Assembly: GCA_964187785.1 (NCBI GenBank)
Contig: OZ076409.1
Location: 26,848,001-26,912,000, forward strand
Length of the DNA stretch: 64,000 nt
Direction: 5' to 3'
Source of the DNA: Amphiscolops sp. MND2022
Taxonomy: Eukaryota
The position numbers and the translations under genes were made by a program. Numbering within the stretch: position 1 is the first letter of the stretch; each line of letters opens with the position of its first letter. Below the pieces are notes generated by a model. It did not search any database. It was not told the DNA's origin and was given only the letters and a program-made list of their open reading frames with translations. This document shows, piece after piece, positions 12,108-25,159 of the stretch.

Positions 12108-14347
12108 TTTGGGCTAATAAATTCCGGTGCTGAGTAAGTGTAAAGCGGACGCCATTTTTGAACATGTTGTTGTTTACATTTCCCGACAAACGTGATTTTG
12201 ATGCAAATTTTATGACTGCAAGTACGTAAACAAAAACATTGTCATAACAGAGAATTATAAACAAGAAAAATTCAGCTGTTACAATTTCTTACGATCAAGA
12301 AAGGAAGAAATTGGCCATGCATGCTTAATTTCTACTAATGAAAATAATTCGCTCTTTTTGAAGTTGCAATCCTATTGGCGGAAATTGAAGCGTGGCTGTG
12401 AAAAGTGGTGCTTCCAATAATTTTCCTCCCATTTTACCAATGATCGAATGGAGTCTTGGTTCTTAGGAATGAAATGTTTCAAAAAAATGAGTAAATTTAG
12501 TATACAGGAAGAGACATTTTTCTGGCTTAAGTTCCCGTGAACAAGACAAGAAAATTGTGTACGTGACGTGAAATGATAATGATTCGAAGGAAAAGGTATT
12601 CAAATAACGGAATGCATCGGACATTGTGAATTTTGTATTTAACAATTTTGTAGTCTGGAAAAGTGAATTAATAGAGTCCAGAATTTGGAACAGCGGCGGG
12701 CTGGCTGAAATAGTCGAGTGAAAAATAATCACATTAAATTATAGCGCTACAACCGACAGGACCGAGCTTAATTGAAGTCATTTTAGACCTACAGGGGAGT
12801 TATTGGGCGTGAATTAAATGGTATACACCGGTGACTTTGTTGTCAAATAACGATCTGGGAGACTTGGAATAATTCAGCCAACCAAAAAATGACTCCCTTG
12901 ATTTCAACTATTCAACACTTTCGTACTCCTGCTCAAAATGTTGTTTTAAAACAATTCGGCAAATATTATAAAACTGATAGAATAACAGTACTAGCCAACA
13001 ACGTTATTGGTGTGGCTTCTACCATGGCTGGTAAGTATGGAAGCATGAACCAGAAGCTGCAAAACACGTGGCACCAAACACGGGTGTGCGAACTGGTGAC
13101 AGGACCCCTCACTTTCATCCAATTTATGAACTTCCTCTTACCAACTCTTACCATTTATCGCTTCCATGGATGAAGTTAAGGCCCATCAGAATTCGCGTTT
13201 CTCAATGGTTAAAAACGAAAAGTAACAAAATGGAGAAAAAGAAAGGACCTGTCAAAATTACCAGTCTCCGGGTATCTAAATAGTGATATAATATTCCGCG
13301 AAAGACTCAATTTCATAAAATTGAAGTTGTCTAATATGGCTAAAAACACAGAATACACGCATTTGTTTAACAGTCCAAAAAAATGGCGACCATCGACGCT
13401 TACTCTGTTTGGAACAAATTAAACATCAACAAATTAAAAAGTCTAGGACCAACTTCCCCCTTCACAATGTCGTTTTTGAAAGGAAAACAATGCAGACTTT
13501 TGAGCATCGTGTGTGTAATTGCCAGCTGAAATTGCAAAATTCACTAAATTCATACCTGTATCTAGGAAAGTGTTTCTTCTAGACTCGCCACGGTGGCCTT
13601 GCAAGCTTCCTACTTGTTACCCAGCCGTATTTTTTCACACATCGAAGGTGTGACCAGATATGCGCACTTGAATGCCAATTTGAAATTCACAACCGACCAT
13701 TTTCCCGCGCAATTCAAACCAACTGTTTGCCCAATGTGCAGGTATCATCGCGACAACAAACACAGCTTCGTGCAAATTAAATTCAAGGGTGTGAATAGAT
13801 TTGCTATCGTGCATTATTATCTAGCTTTTGTGTCCACAATTCACACCACCGGCCATCTTGAACAGGATTTTCACTGCTGGGACTTCCAGACGCATTGCGT
13901 GAGCTGATTGCACTATATGGATAACAATTATTGAAGGCATGATCATCATATCATGTTCATTTCTTAAGGCTTCCATTATTTTTGCGACTGTTTGAATTAG
14001 ACAGGAAAATTATCACAATTTCTGAATCTTCGCTTGAAGGGTGCAACTCTACAGTTCTGAAAAATTTCATGTGAAGTTGTCGACACCTGAGGTTGAACAG
14101 CCGATCTTTTCCATGTTACATGGCGCGCGTTTATCTCAACAGGAGGTTTGTAATTCTGGAAGGCCATGATAGTGATGCAGTCTATGTATTCCAGAGACCT
14201 AAATTTTGTCTGCTTTGTTATAATTCCTATAGGCACCTAATACAACTATAAAAGTTATACAAAACAAGAACAACATAGCATTGAGCCAGGAGTAAGAAGT
14301 ATGTACTGTTTTCATCTTTCCACTGCTATGAACACAATTATGTTATA

Positions 14348-14525
14348 CAGTAAACCCTCAATTATCCGCCACTCGATTATCCGCCACCTTTGGTCAACCG
14401 CCACGAATCTACGGGGACATTTTGCTATAACATCCGTGTCTAAGCTCCCTTGATTAACCGCCACTCTCACTTATCCGCCATGATTCGCGCTGAACCGATG
14501 GTCACGGATAATCGAGGGTTTACTG
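14348..14525. mobile_element. pogo/Tigger-type (Tc1/mariner superfamily) MITE, 178 bp
   Basis: TIRs CAGTAAACCCTC(A/G)ATTATCCG at both ends, flanked by TA (14346-47, 14526-27); internal 'ttatccgcca' repeats. Confidence 0.85.
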
Positions 14526-14778
14526 TACTTATCTAGCCTACTGATTTAGGTGTTAAGCTTTTATGACAAAGAAAACGTTTATAGATCTATACAAGTGCTT
14601 ATCAGAATCTGAAGAAATTCATCAACCAAGAAATATCGAAAATTGGATTCGTTCTGAAGCAGTGGAAAACCGCAAAGTTTTTTTGAAAAGCAATAAAAAA
14701 TAGCTTGGTTCCTTTTGGAGCGAAAACTATTAATACATTCAATCAATGTAGTAAGAAACATAAATTCCAATTTTCACA

Positions 14779-15490
14779 TGGCCCAAGTCGGCACCCTGCT
14801 CAAGGTTCAAAAAACATTTTTCTCAATATGCAAAGGGACACTGTTGTAAAAATTTCATGAGGTTTCCAGTGCCAAAAAAATACCCGACGGATACGCAGAA
14901 AACTCGAAAACCGCTTTTCGCCTACTGCAAACATCAAAAAACCCAAATCTTTTGAAACTATTATTTTCAGCTCGCAAAACTTTTTTTCATGCTGGAAACA
15001 GTTATGAAAATGAAGGGGGTACCATTAGATCAATGGAAAATTTCACGGAAAAAGAGTCGCTCAGATCCAAAAAGCAAAAAAGGTATTTTCCACACTCATT
15101 GACAAATTCATCAGTTACACAGTGTCAGAAACGAATCGCAGAGGTCACCGAAAACCTGAAAAAAGAAAAATTGTCTAGATAGTTGCAAAAAAGTCGTACA
15201 GTGCCGAAAAGCTTTAGAGCCCTTCCATGTTTGCAAAACACTTCGTTTCTGCCAAAAATATGAGGACAGGGGTTTCGGTTTTCAAAATCCGGGTTCCAAA
15301 AGAGCGCGAGACTCGAACCCACGTACTCTGATTCTCAAGCCTCGGAAACTATGGGCTAACCATCAGGCCGAGTGGCAGTTAGAAATTACAACTTTTATTT
15401 ATGGAAATGGTCATAGAACACTGTCAGTTCGCTGGTCTTAGAAAACCACTTCTATAGTCATGACTTTTCTTGACAAAAGCGCCGACAAGA
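14779..15490 (+). repeat. Diverged copy of the 'gcccaagtcggc' repeat family containing an internal tRNA-like segment (~15305-15380, minus)
   Basis: Head 'ggcccaagtcggcaccctgctcaaggttcaaaaaa', tail 'aaaagcgccgacaa'. The reverse strand has a B-box-like GGTTCGAGTCT and an A-box-like 'cggcctgatggttag'. Confidence 0.55.
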
Positions 15491-16295
15491 GATTGGATGC
15501 GAAATCTCTGTGACAACCTGTCACGGATCGCCACGTAAGTTCGACTGGCTGGCTTAGCGATGCTTTCCAGTCATTAAAGTATTTTACTTTGGTCGCATCA
15601 CTTTTGTCTCCCAACACTATTCCCTTGACAATGTTTTTTGACGTTGCCTTGACTCCAAGAGTTACGATCTTACTGAAGCCATTTCTGAGTGCCTCTGGGC
15701 ATTTCTTCTTCTTTCGACTACATGTTTACAGGAAAAAGTAGAGATCGAGAAAGATTCAGTTCAATTCCAAATGGTTCTTTCACTTCCAAGTGATGCGGAA
15801 ATACAAACAGCGAATCTCGGAATTCAGAACGAATGAAATTAAAACAACACTTTCATACCTTTCTCGCATTATTAATTCATACCTCCATAACCCTAGACTT
15901 CCTGTTTTAGTAGTCATATCTGGTGTATTCGAGATCAACTCCAATCAATTTTTCATTTTCGTCATTGTTGCGACAACTTTTACTCTAACTCATCCTGAAA
16001 TTCAACACTAGTCATCAATCAGCATCAAAACCATTCTTTCCGGCGGCGTTTTACTTTCTCAAAACAAGAAGATTTTACTTTACAGATCTACAAACCTGGA
16101 GCCCTTCTCAGGTTTTTAGGAAACAGTTCTGGTTCGACGACTTTTTTGGCGCTTACGGCGATATGAACATCTAATATTCAACTCTCCAACTTTGAACAAG
16201 ATCTAGGGATCACTTCGAATGGATATTATCAATGATGCTGAGAGTATTTTAAAATAAAATGATTGTCATTCCGTCATTCGAGATTTGGTACTATT

Positions 16296-16825
16296 TGTTG
16301 GCGATAACGCAAGATCGGAATGAAAAATAATAGTGAAATTAGAGTTTGAATTTTAACTTAGTTTCAAGGAATGTTAGTTTGTTATGATCTATTTTAAAAG
16401 AGATTTTTACAAAGATTTATGCACCTGCATTTGTTTATAAACAACTAGGAAAGGGGGTTTCCTAAGGGTCTGGGGTTCTGGTTCAAAGTCGGATAGGGTT
16501 AATATTTTTATATATATTAACCCTATATCTAATGTCAAAGTTGCACCATTAAATTGGTTCAATCTGAGTTTTTCAGAATTCAGTTCATATTAGATGCTTG
16601 GTTTCTGATGTAACAATTGGTTCTTGGTTGTGGGTTATCTGAGTTGAAGGTTAGAGTTGACGTTTCAATTGGTAGGCTGGGCAGGTACTTGGTTTCAGTT
16701 CATTTCATCTTGGTTGTTTGAATTGAGAGGCTGCTTGGTTGTTACTGTTATCTTTGTTGACGGTGTTACGAAAGTCTTTGTTACATAACATCTTGGTGAG
16801 TACAGCTTTTCATTGAATGTCAACA
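16296..16825 (-). repeat. copia 3' LTR (530 bp)
   Basis: TGTTGGCG...TGTCAACA; about 97% identical to 25160-25690 by manual comparison. Confidence 0.97.
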
Positions 16826-16836
16826 CGCCCCCTCAA
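16826..16836 (-). promoter_or_regulatory. copia polypurine tract
   Basis: Reverse strand reads TTGAGGGGGCG immediately before the 3' LTR. Confidence 0.85.
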
Positions 16837-19613
16837 TGAGACTGTACTGCAAGGCCAAACAAACCACATCTGAGCTGTATGAACTTGGGACCGGCTAAGG
16901 CTTTCGTCAGAATGTCCGCTAAATTCTGATCCGTTGGGAGATAATCCAGTTGGATGACTTTTCTCTCCACGAGATCTCTCACAAAGTGGTGTCGGATGTC
17001 AATGTGCTTGCCTCGACTATGTGTGATCGCGTTCTGAGCCAGCTTGATCGCTTCCTGGTTGTCACCGTGGAGGAGAACAGGGCCACCTAGATCTAATCCT
17101 AGACTCTTACAAAGAGACAACAAATAAACTGACTCCTGGGCGGCTGAAGAGATAATCATATACTCAGCCTCAGTCGAATACAAAGCAACTGTTTGCTGTT
17201 TACGGGAAGACCATCAAATAACACTACTCTCAACCGACAATTTAAAACAATAACCACTTGTGGACCTCCTGTCGTTGGGGTCACCTCCCCAATCAGAGTC
17301 ACAAAACCCAAACAGTTCAAGGTTCTTGCTACGTTTGAAAACAAGACATAAGTCTAAGCTGCCTTTCAAATAGCGCAAGACTTTCTTTGCTAAAAGCCAA
17401 TGTTCTTGAGCGGGGTTCTTAAGAACTTGACTTAAAGAAGAAAGAACAAAATTCAAATCCGGTCGAGAAACAACTGATAAATAATTCAATTTACCAACTA
17501 AGGACATATACAGGGTACGCATTTTAGAAAGATTTCTGAACTAATTTGAGTCCAACTCAGAACAACAACTTTTGTCAATTCTAGTGTTAGCTATCATTGG
17601 TAGCTCGCAAGGACTACAATCAGACATCCCGAAAATGGACAACAAATCTAAGATGTAAGACTTTTGGGAAAGAGTGATTTTGTCAGGCAACTGTTCAACG
17701 GAGACGCCTAAGAACCACTTCATTGAACCCTTGTCATCAATTTTGAATTTATTAGAGAAAGCAGTTTTGAAAGACTGAGCTGAATCAGAAGAAGTTGAAA
17801 AATACATAATGTCATCAACTAAAACAAAAAAAACAAAAAGCCTAAAGCTACTTGGATCAGTCATCGAATAACAACAACTGTCAATCTGTGAACAAGTGAG
17901 ACCAAAATCATTCAAAATTTTATCCAATGTCTTATTCCAACACCTTCCTGCCTGTTTCAAACCGTAGAGTCCTTTCAAAAGCTTGCAAACTAATTTCGAG
18001 TCCTTATTTGGGAATTCAAACCCCGGTGGCTGTTGAACAAAAACATCTTCTTCTAAGTCGGCATTCAAATAAGCCAAACTAACATCAAACTGAAAGACTT
18101 CACAACTAAAATGAATAGCCAGTGCTAAGAACAAGCGGATTGAAGACAATTTAGCAGTTGGTGCAAAAGTTTCCAGATAATCACTTCCAAAAACTTGATT
18201 AAAACCTTTCGCATTATAGCGAGCTTTATGCTTTACTATATATCCATTCTCATCTTTCTTCAAAGCGAAGACCCATCGACCACCTAAAACTTTCCTATTT
18301 TCCGGAAGTTCACAAAGTTTCCAAGTTCTATTCTCTACCAAAGAATCGAACTCCTTTTTCATAGCTGCAAACCACTCATCTCGAAATTGAGACACTTCAA
18401 ATTCCTCAAGAAGGGTGGGAAATTCCTCGCAAGAAAAACATTCAACAAAAGACACACTTTCTGAATGATTAATGGGACAGCCATAACGCTCAACTGTTTT
18501 AACATGGCGACCGCTACGAGTGCGGAAGTCCGCATAAGGATCTTCAGTAGAATTTGAACGGGAAGAATCTTGACTAGGCAAAGACTCTTGAGTTGGTGAA
18601 TCAAAATTTTCAACTACCGGCTTTGACGGCTTCAAAGGTTTTGCTTCACCCTCCTCAAAATCCAAAGAATTTTCAGACTCAGGTAGAAACTCATAATCCT
18701 CTGCTTCGATATTTTGAAGACCAATAAACTCTTTCTCATTGAAAGACACATTTCTAGAATGAATGATTTTGCCAGAGACAGGATTGTACAAGTAGTAGGA
18801 ATCATGAGTGTGACCATAGCCTACGAAAATTTCCTTCACCGCTTTTGAATCTAACTTCTTAACATCAACTTCGAGAAACCGAAATGCTGAACAACCAAAG
18901 ACTTTCAAATTGGACACGTCAGGTTTTCGACCGTAGAACAACTCATATGGTGTCTTATTCGGAGGCAAACTACTACTTAAGCAACGATTGGTTAAGTAAA
19001 AATCAACATCAACAGCTCTCACCCAGAAAGAGTTGGGCAAATTTGCCTGTTTCAAAAGACACCTAGCCATGTTCCCAACGGTTTGCCAACAACGTTCTGC
19101 AACACCGTTTTGATGCGGGGAATAAGGAGCAGTCATTTCTCTCCTAATTCCCTGCGCAAAACAAAACTCGTCAAAAGCCTTGTTGTTATATTCACCACCA
19201 CCATCGGATCTCAACGTCAAAGACGCAAATGATTTGGGCACAACTTCATCAATACAAAACTGACAAAACTTATTCAAAACTTCCGACTTATTTTCAATGA
19301 AATAAACACGAGCAAAACGACTGTAACTGTCAATGAAACTCACGACATAATGCTGTCCACCTACAAAAGTGGTTTCCATGGGACCTCTCACATCAGAATA
19401 AACTAATTCCAACTTCGAAGACTTTCTAGGGACAGTCTTAGAACAAGCAGGTTTACGATTAAGTTTATTCGAAGCACAAATGTCACAGAAACAATCAGAA
19501 ATATCAGAGTTCTGCAATTTCATTCCAGTGACAGACTTTGACAACTTTTGAACATCTCGCTTATTGTTATGACCCAAACGACAATGCCACAAATCAACAT
19601 CAAGCTGGGGCAA
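16833..19613 (-). pseudogene. pol: copia IN-RT-RNaseH (unit 3 plus the unique RT C-terminus and RNase H), with two in-frame stops
   Basis: 'WHCRLGH...CDIC', 'SDVRGP...SDGGGEY...NGVAER', RT 'FDVSLAYLN...LYGLKQAGRCW...LVDD', RNase H 'FCDSDWGGD...STEAEY...DNQ...ADILTK'. ORFs 17541-19613, 17214-17522 and 16833-17183 share one frame. Confidence 0.95.
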
Positions 19614-19615
19614 AC

Positions 19616-21634
19616 TTACAAATGAGAAGAAGTAACTGAAAACGCTTTGGTGACATACAAACCATTCCTTTCAACAAAAGGTAAAGAAACATCATCGGAA
19701 CGATGAAATTCACACGTTTCACCAAAAACAACCATAGCACCCTTTTGACCAAACGCACTAACGCTCAACAAGTTTTTCGAATGATCAGGAACGTAAAGAC
19801 AATTACTCAAACTCAACACATGCGAAACACTTTTCTTATCAACTAAAGAAACTTTTGCAACGCCTTGCCCTTTCACCGGGGAAACACTATTATTTGCATT
19901 CACGCAAACTTTTGAAGAAACATCATGAAGTTCAACAAAAAATTCACTATCATGAAACATGTGTGAAGTACAACCAGAATCCAAAATCAATTCTTGACAT
20001 CTCGAACCATGCGGACCACAGTCCTTATTTGGGAATTCAAACCCCGGTGGCTGTTGAACAAAAACATCTTCTTCTAAGTCGGCATTCAAATTAGCCGAAC
20101 TAACATCAAACTGAAAGACTTCACAACTAAAGTGAATAGCCAGTGCTAAGAACAAGCGGATTGAAGACAATTTAGCAGTCGGTGCAAAAGTTTCCAGATA
20201 ATCACTTCCAAAAACTTGATTAAAACCTTTCGCATTATAGCGAGCTTTATGCTTTACTATATATCCATTCTCATCTTTCTTCAAAGCGAAGACCCATCGA
20301 CCACCTAAAACTTTCCTATTTTCCGGAAGTTCACAAAGTTTCCAAGTTCTATTCTCTACCAAAGAATCGAACTCCTTTTTCATAGCTGCAAACCACTCAT
20401 CTCGAAATTGAGACACTTCAAATTCCTCAAGAAGGGTGGGAAATTCCTCGCAAGAAAAACATTCAACAAAAGACACACTTTCTGAATGATTAATGGGACA
20501 GCCATAACGCTCAACTGTTTTAACATGGCGACCGCTACGAGTGCGGAAGTCCGCATAAGGATCTTCAGTAGAATTTGAACGGGAAGAATCTTGACTAGGC
20601 AAAGACTCTTGAGTTGGTGAATCAAAATTTTCAACTACCGGCTTTGACGGCTTCAAAGGTTTTGCTTCACCCTCCTCAAAATCCAAAGAATTTTCAGACT
20701 CAGGTAGAAACTCATAATCCTCTGCTTCGATATTTTGAAGACCAATAAACTCTTTCTCATTGAAAGACACATTTCTAGAATGACTGATTTTGCCAGAGAC
20801 AGGATTGTACAAGTAGTAGGAATCATGAGTGTGACCATAGCCTACGAAAATTTTCTTCACCGCTTTTGAATCTAACTTCTTAACATCAACTTCGAGAAAC
20901 CGAAATGCTGAACAACCAAAGACTTTCAAATTGGACACGTCAGGTTTTCGACCGTAGAACAACTCATATGGTGTCTTATTCGGAGGCAAACTACTACTTA
21001 AGCAACGATTGGTTAAGTAAAAATCAACATCAACAGCTCTCACCCAGAAAGAGTTGGGCAAATTTGCCTGTTTCAAAAGACATCTAGCCATGTTCCCAAC
21101 GGTTTGCCAACAACGTTCTGCAACACCGTTTTGATGCGGGGAATAAGGAGCAGTCATTTCTCTCCTAATTCCCTGCGCAAAACAAAACTCGTCAAAAGCC
21201 TTGTTGTTATATTCACCACCACCATCGGATCTCAACGTCAAAGACGCAAATGATTTGGGCACAACTTCATCAATACAAAACTGACAAAACTTATTCAAAA
21301 CTTCCGACTTATTTTCAATGAAATAAACACGAGCAAAACGACTGTAACTGTCAATGAAACTCACGACATAATGCTGTCCACCTACAAAAGTGGTTTCCAT
21401 GGGACCTCTCACATCAGAATAAACTAATTCCAACTTCGAAGACTTTCTAGGGACAGTCTTAGAACAAGCAGGTTTACGATTAAGTTTATTCGAAGCACAA
21501 ATGTCACAGAAACAATCAGAAATATCAGAGTTCTGCAATTTCATTCCAGTGACAGACTTTGACAACTTTTGAACATCTCGCTTATTGTTATGACCCAAAC
21601 GACAATGCCACAAATCAACATCAAGCTGGGGCAA
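19616..21634 (-). pseudogene. Chimeric IN-RT'-PR ORF created by the tandem duplication junction
   Basis: Reads from integrase through RT 'QQPPGFEFPNKD' directly into pre-protease 'CGPHGSRCQELILDSGCTSHM'. Confidence 0.9.
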
Positions 21635-21636
21635 AC

Positions 21637-23655
21637 TTACAAATGAGAAGAAGTAACTGAAAACGCTTTGGTGACATACAAACCATTCCTTTCAACAAAA
21701 GGTAAAGAAACATCATCGGAACGATGAAATTCACACGTTTCACCAAAAACAACCATAGCACCCTTTTGACCAAACGCACTAACGCTCAACAAGTTTTTCG
21801 AATGATCAGGAACGTAAAGACAATTACTCAAACTCAACACATGCGAAACACTTTTCTTATCAACTAAAGAAACTTTTGCAACGCCTTGCCCCTTCACCGG
21901 GGAAACACTATTATTTGCATTCACGCAAACTTTTGAAGAAACATCATGAAGTTCAACAAAATATTCACTATCATGAAACATGTGTGAAGTACAACCAGAA
22001 TCCAAAATCAATTCTTGACATCTCGAACCATCCGGACCACAGTCCTTATTTGGGAATTCAAACCCCGGTGGCTGTTGAACAAAAACATCTCCTTCTAAGT
22101 CGGCATTCAAATAAGCCGAACTAACATCAAACTGAAAGACTTCACAACTAAAGTGAATAGCCAGTGCTAAGAACAAGCGGATTGAAGACAATTTAGCAGT
22201 CGGTGCAAAAGTTTCCAGATAATCACTTCCAAAAACTTGATTAAAACCTTTCGCATTATAGCGAGCTTTATGCTTTACTATATATCCATTCTCATCTTTC
22301 TTCAAAGCGAAGACCCATCGACCACCTAAAACTTTCCTATTTTCCGGAAGTTCTTAAAGTTTCCAAGTTCTATTCTCTACCAAAGAATCGAACTCCTTTT
22401 TCATAGCTGCAAACCACTCATCTCGAAATTGAGACACTTCAAATTCCTCAAGAAGGGTTGGAAATTCCTTGCAAGAAAAACATTCAACAAAAGACACACT
22501 TTCTGAATGATTAATGGGACAGCCATAACGCTCAACTGTTTTAACATGGCGACCGCTACGAGTGCGGAAGTCCGCATAAGGATCTTCAGTAGAATTTGAA
22601 CGGGAAGAATCTTGACTAGGCAAAGACTCTTGAGTTGGTGAATCAAAATTTTCAACTACCGGCTTTGACGGCTTCAAAGGTTTTGCTTCACCCTCCTCAA
22701 AATCCAAAGAATTTTCAGACTCAGGTAGAAACTCATAATCCTCTGCTTCGATATTTTGAAGACCAATAAACTCTTTCTCATTGAAAGACACATTTCTAGA
22801 ATGACTGATTTTGCCAGAGACAGGATTGTACAAGTAGTAGGAATCATGAGTGTGACCATAGCCTACGAAAATTTCCTTCACCGCTTTTGAATCTAACTTC
22901 TTATCATCAACTTCGAGAAACCGAAATGCTGAACAACCAAAGACTTTCAAATTGGACACGTCAGGTTTTCGACCGTAGAACAACTCATATGGTGTCTTAT
23001 TCGGAGGCAAACTACTACTCAAGCAACGATTGGTTAAGTAAAAATCAACATCAACAGCTCTCACCCAGAAAGAGTTGGGCAAATTTGCCTGTTTCAAAAG
23101 ACACCTAGCCATGTTCCCAACGGTTTGCCAACAACGTTCTGCAACACCGTTTTGATGCGGGGAATAAGGAGCAGTCATTTCTCTCCTAATTCCCTGCGCA
23201 AAACAAAACTCGTCAAAAGCCTTGTTGTTATATTCACCACCACCATCGGATCTCAACGTCAAAGACGCAAATGATTTGGGCACAACTTCATCAATACAAA
23301 ACTGACAAAACTTATTCAAAACTTCCGACTTATTTTCAATGAAATAAACACGAGCAAAACGACTGTAACTGTCAATGAAACTCACGACATAATGCTGTCC
23401 ACCTACAAAAGTGGTTTCCATGGGACCTCTCACATCAGAATAAACTAATTCCAACTTCGAAGACTTTCTAGGGACAGTCTTAGAACAAGCAGGTTTACGA
23501 TTAAGTTTATTCGAAGCACAAATGTCACAGAAACAATCAGAAATATCAGAGTTCTGCAATTTCATTCCAGTGACAGACTTTGACAACTTTTGAACATCTC
23601 GCTTATTGTTATGACCCAAACGACAAGGCCACAAACCAACATCAAGCTGGGGCAA
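21637..23655 (-). pseudogene. Second chimeric IN-RT'-PR segment with a private premature stop
   Basis: ORFs 22354-23655 and 21637-22305 share a frame and are separated by the stop after 'NRTWKL'; same RT-to-PR junction. Confidence 0.9.
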
Positions 23656-23657
23656 AC

Positions 23658-24872
23658 TTACAAAAGAGAAGAAGTAACTGAAAACGCTTTGGTGACATAC
23701 AAACCATTCCTTTCAACAAAAGGTAAAGAAACATCATCGGAACGATGAAATTCACACGTTTCACCAAAAACAACCATAGCACCCTTTTGACCAAACGCAC
23801 TAACGCTCAACAAGTTTTTCGAATGATCAGGAACGTAAAGACAATTACTCAAACTCAACACATGCGAAACACTTTTCTTATCAACTAAAGAAACTTTTGC
23901 AACGCCTTGCCCCTTCACCGGGGAAACACTATTATTTGCATTCACGCAAACTTTTGAAGAAACATCATGAAGTTCAACAAAAAATTCACTATCATGAAAC
24001 ATGTGTGAAGTACAACCAGAATCCAAAATCAATTCTTGACATCTCGAACCATCCGGACCACAGTAAAACGAAAACTCACAACCCTGAGAGAGGTTCACTT
24101 TATTATCTGACTTTCTATCCAACTTCGACTTCTGGAAACATTTGGATTCAGAATGACCAAACTTTTTGCAAAACGAACACTGTTTTACTGTACAAGAACT
24201 TTTCAAATGTCCAATTTCGTTACAACGGAAACATTTTCCAGAAAACTTCTTGCCGTTACCTCGCGAATTAAACAATGCTGCTTCAGACTTAGAATTACTA
24301 GTAGTGCCGCATTCTTTTAATTTTTGTGAATCCGCAAAATTTTTGAGAGCCTTTTTCTAATCAGAAAACGGGGTGCGGGTTGAGGAAAAATCGTGCACCG
24401 TCTTAAAGTACTCATAACTATCAGGTAAACCCTTAAGAACAACAGAAACTAACAATTTCTCTGATATCTTTTCCCCTGCAACCTCCAATGAAGATGAAAG
24501 AGTCTCAGCCCTGATCAGATAGTCCGTCATCTCCTCACTTGGCTTCAACGACAGAGACGTCAGTTGCTCCAGCATGTTCATCACACGCGGTGTCTCTGAA
24601 CTGGAGAAGTTTGCCGCCAATCGCTTCCATGCTTCTGGTTTATCGCCTTTGCACTCCGACTTCAACATCATAATTGATCGTTTGTCCAGACACTGCACAA
24701 GTTCTGCCCAAATATTGTACTTTTCGTCGTTGTTCGATGCCTCAGTACCCAACAGTTGCCCTCGTAGCTTTTTGGTGTGCATGTAGCCTTCAAACTTTTC
24801 GCTCCAGTATGAAAAGTCATCTTCTTCCCCAGAGAATTGAAGAGAGCGTCGCTTCTCTCCCTCTGTTGCCAT
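23658..24872 (-). pseudogene. gag: copia gag (UBN2-like region, two CCHC knuckles) and protease; one in-frame TAG
   Basis: ATG at 24872 'MATEGEKRRSLQFSGEEDDFSYWSEKF...VLKGLPDSYEYF'; knuckles 'CFRCNEIGHLKSSC' and 'CSFCKKFGHSESKC'; protease 'LILDSGCTSHM'. The TAG at 24357-59 is in frame with ORF 23658-24275. Confidence 0.95.
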
Positions 24873-25140
24873 CGTTGACGAAGATGAAACAAAAATTGTG
24901 ATCAGTACACTTACTGAATTGAACACCTTTGCACAAAAAAGGGAAAAACACGCTAGGTGGCTGGCCAGGCCTTCAGAACGCTTACACAAAAAAACTGCTG
25001 CAAAAACAGGATACGCTAAAACTATTTGATCCGGGATCCACATCCACAGATGGGTAACCACGATCCACAGATGTGTAACCACAAAACGGCTAAATCCAAT
25101 TCCAGACCGAAAGAAAGATAACTCAGCTACACAAAAGACA

Positions 25141-25159
25141 GGAACCTGGGGCCATAACC
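25141..25159 (-). promoter_or_regulatory. copia primer-binding site of the internal (half) tRNA-iMet type
   Basis: Reverse strand directly after the 5' LTR reads GGTTATGGCCCCAGG, close to the GGTTATGGGCCCAG PBS of Drosophila copia-like elements. Confidence 0.8.

Larger units (their letters stand above)
17999..24064 (-). repeat. Three tandem 2021-bp units spanning copia PR, IN and the N-terminal part of RT
   Basis: Boundary trinucleotide AGT at 17999, 20020, 22041 and 24062 (period exactly 2021). The translated copies are nearly identical, with a few private substitutions. Confidence 0.97.

Noticed and set aside
12889..14236. Spliced host gene on the plus strand (ATG ~13383 with exon-like blocks)
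   Set aside because: Splice-like sites exist, but I could not assemble a phase-consistent ORF or recognise any homology.
19610..19630. Programmed -1 frameshift between copia PR and IN (present in all three units)
   Set aside because: No X XXY YYZ slippery heptamer, and copia elements normally have PR-IN in one frame. An inherited 1-bp deletion is simpler.
18359..23108. Short repeated alternative-frame and antisense ORFs in the copia region
   Set aside because: They are shadow ORFs of pol, repeated only because of the triplication.
24357..24359. Gag stop-codon readthrough signal
   Set aside because: The TAG lies inside gag before the zinc knuckles (likely a TTG>TAG change), and the element has other nonsense mutations.
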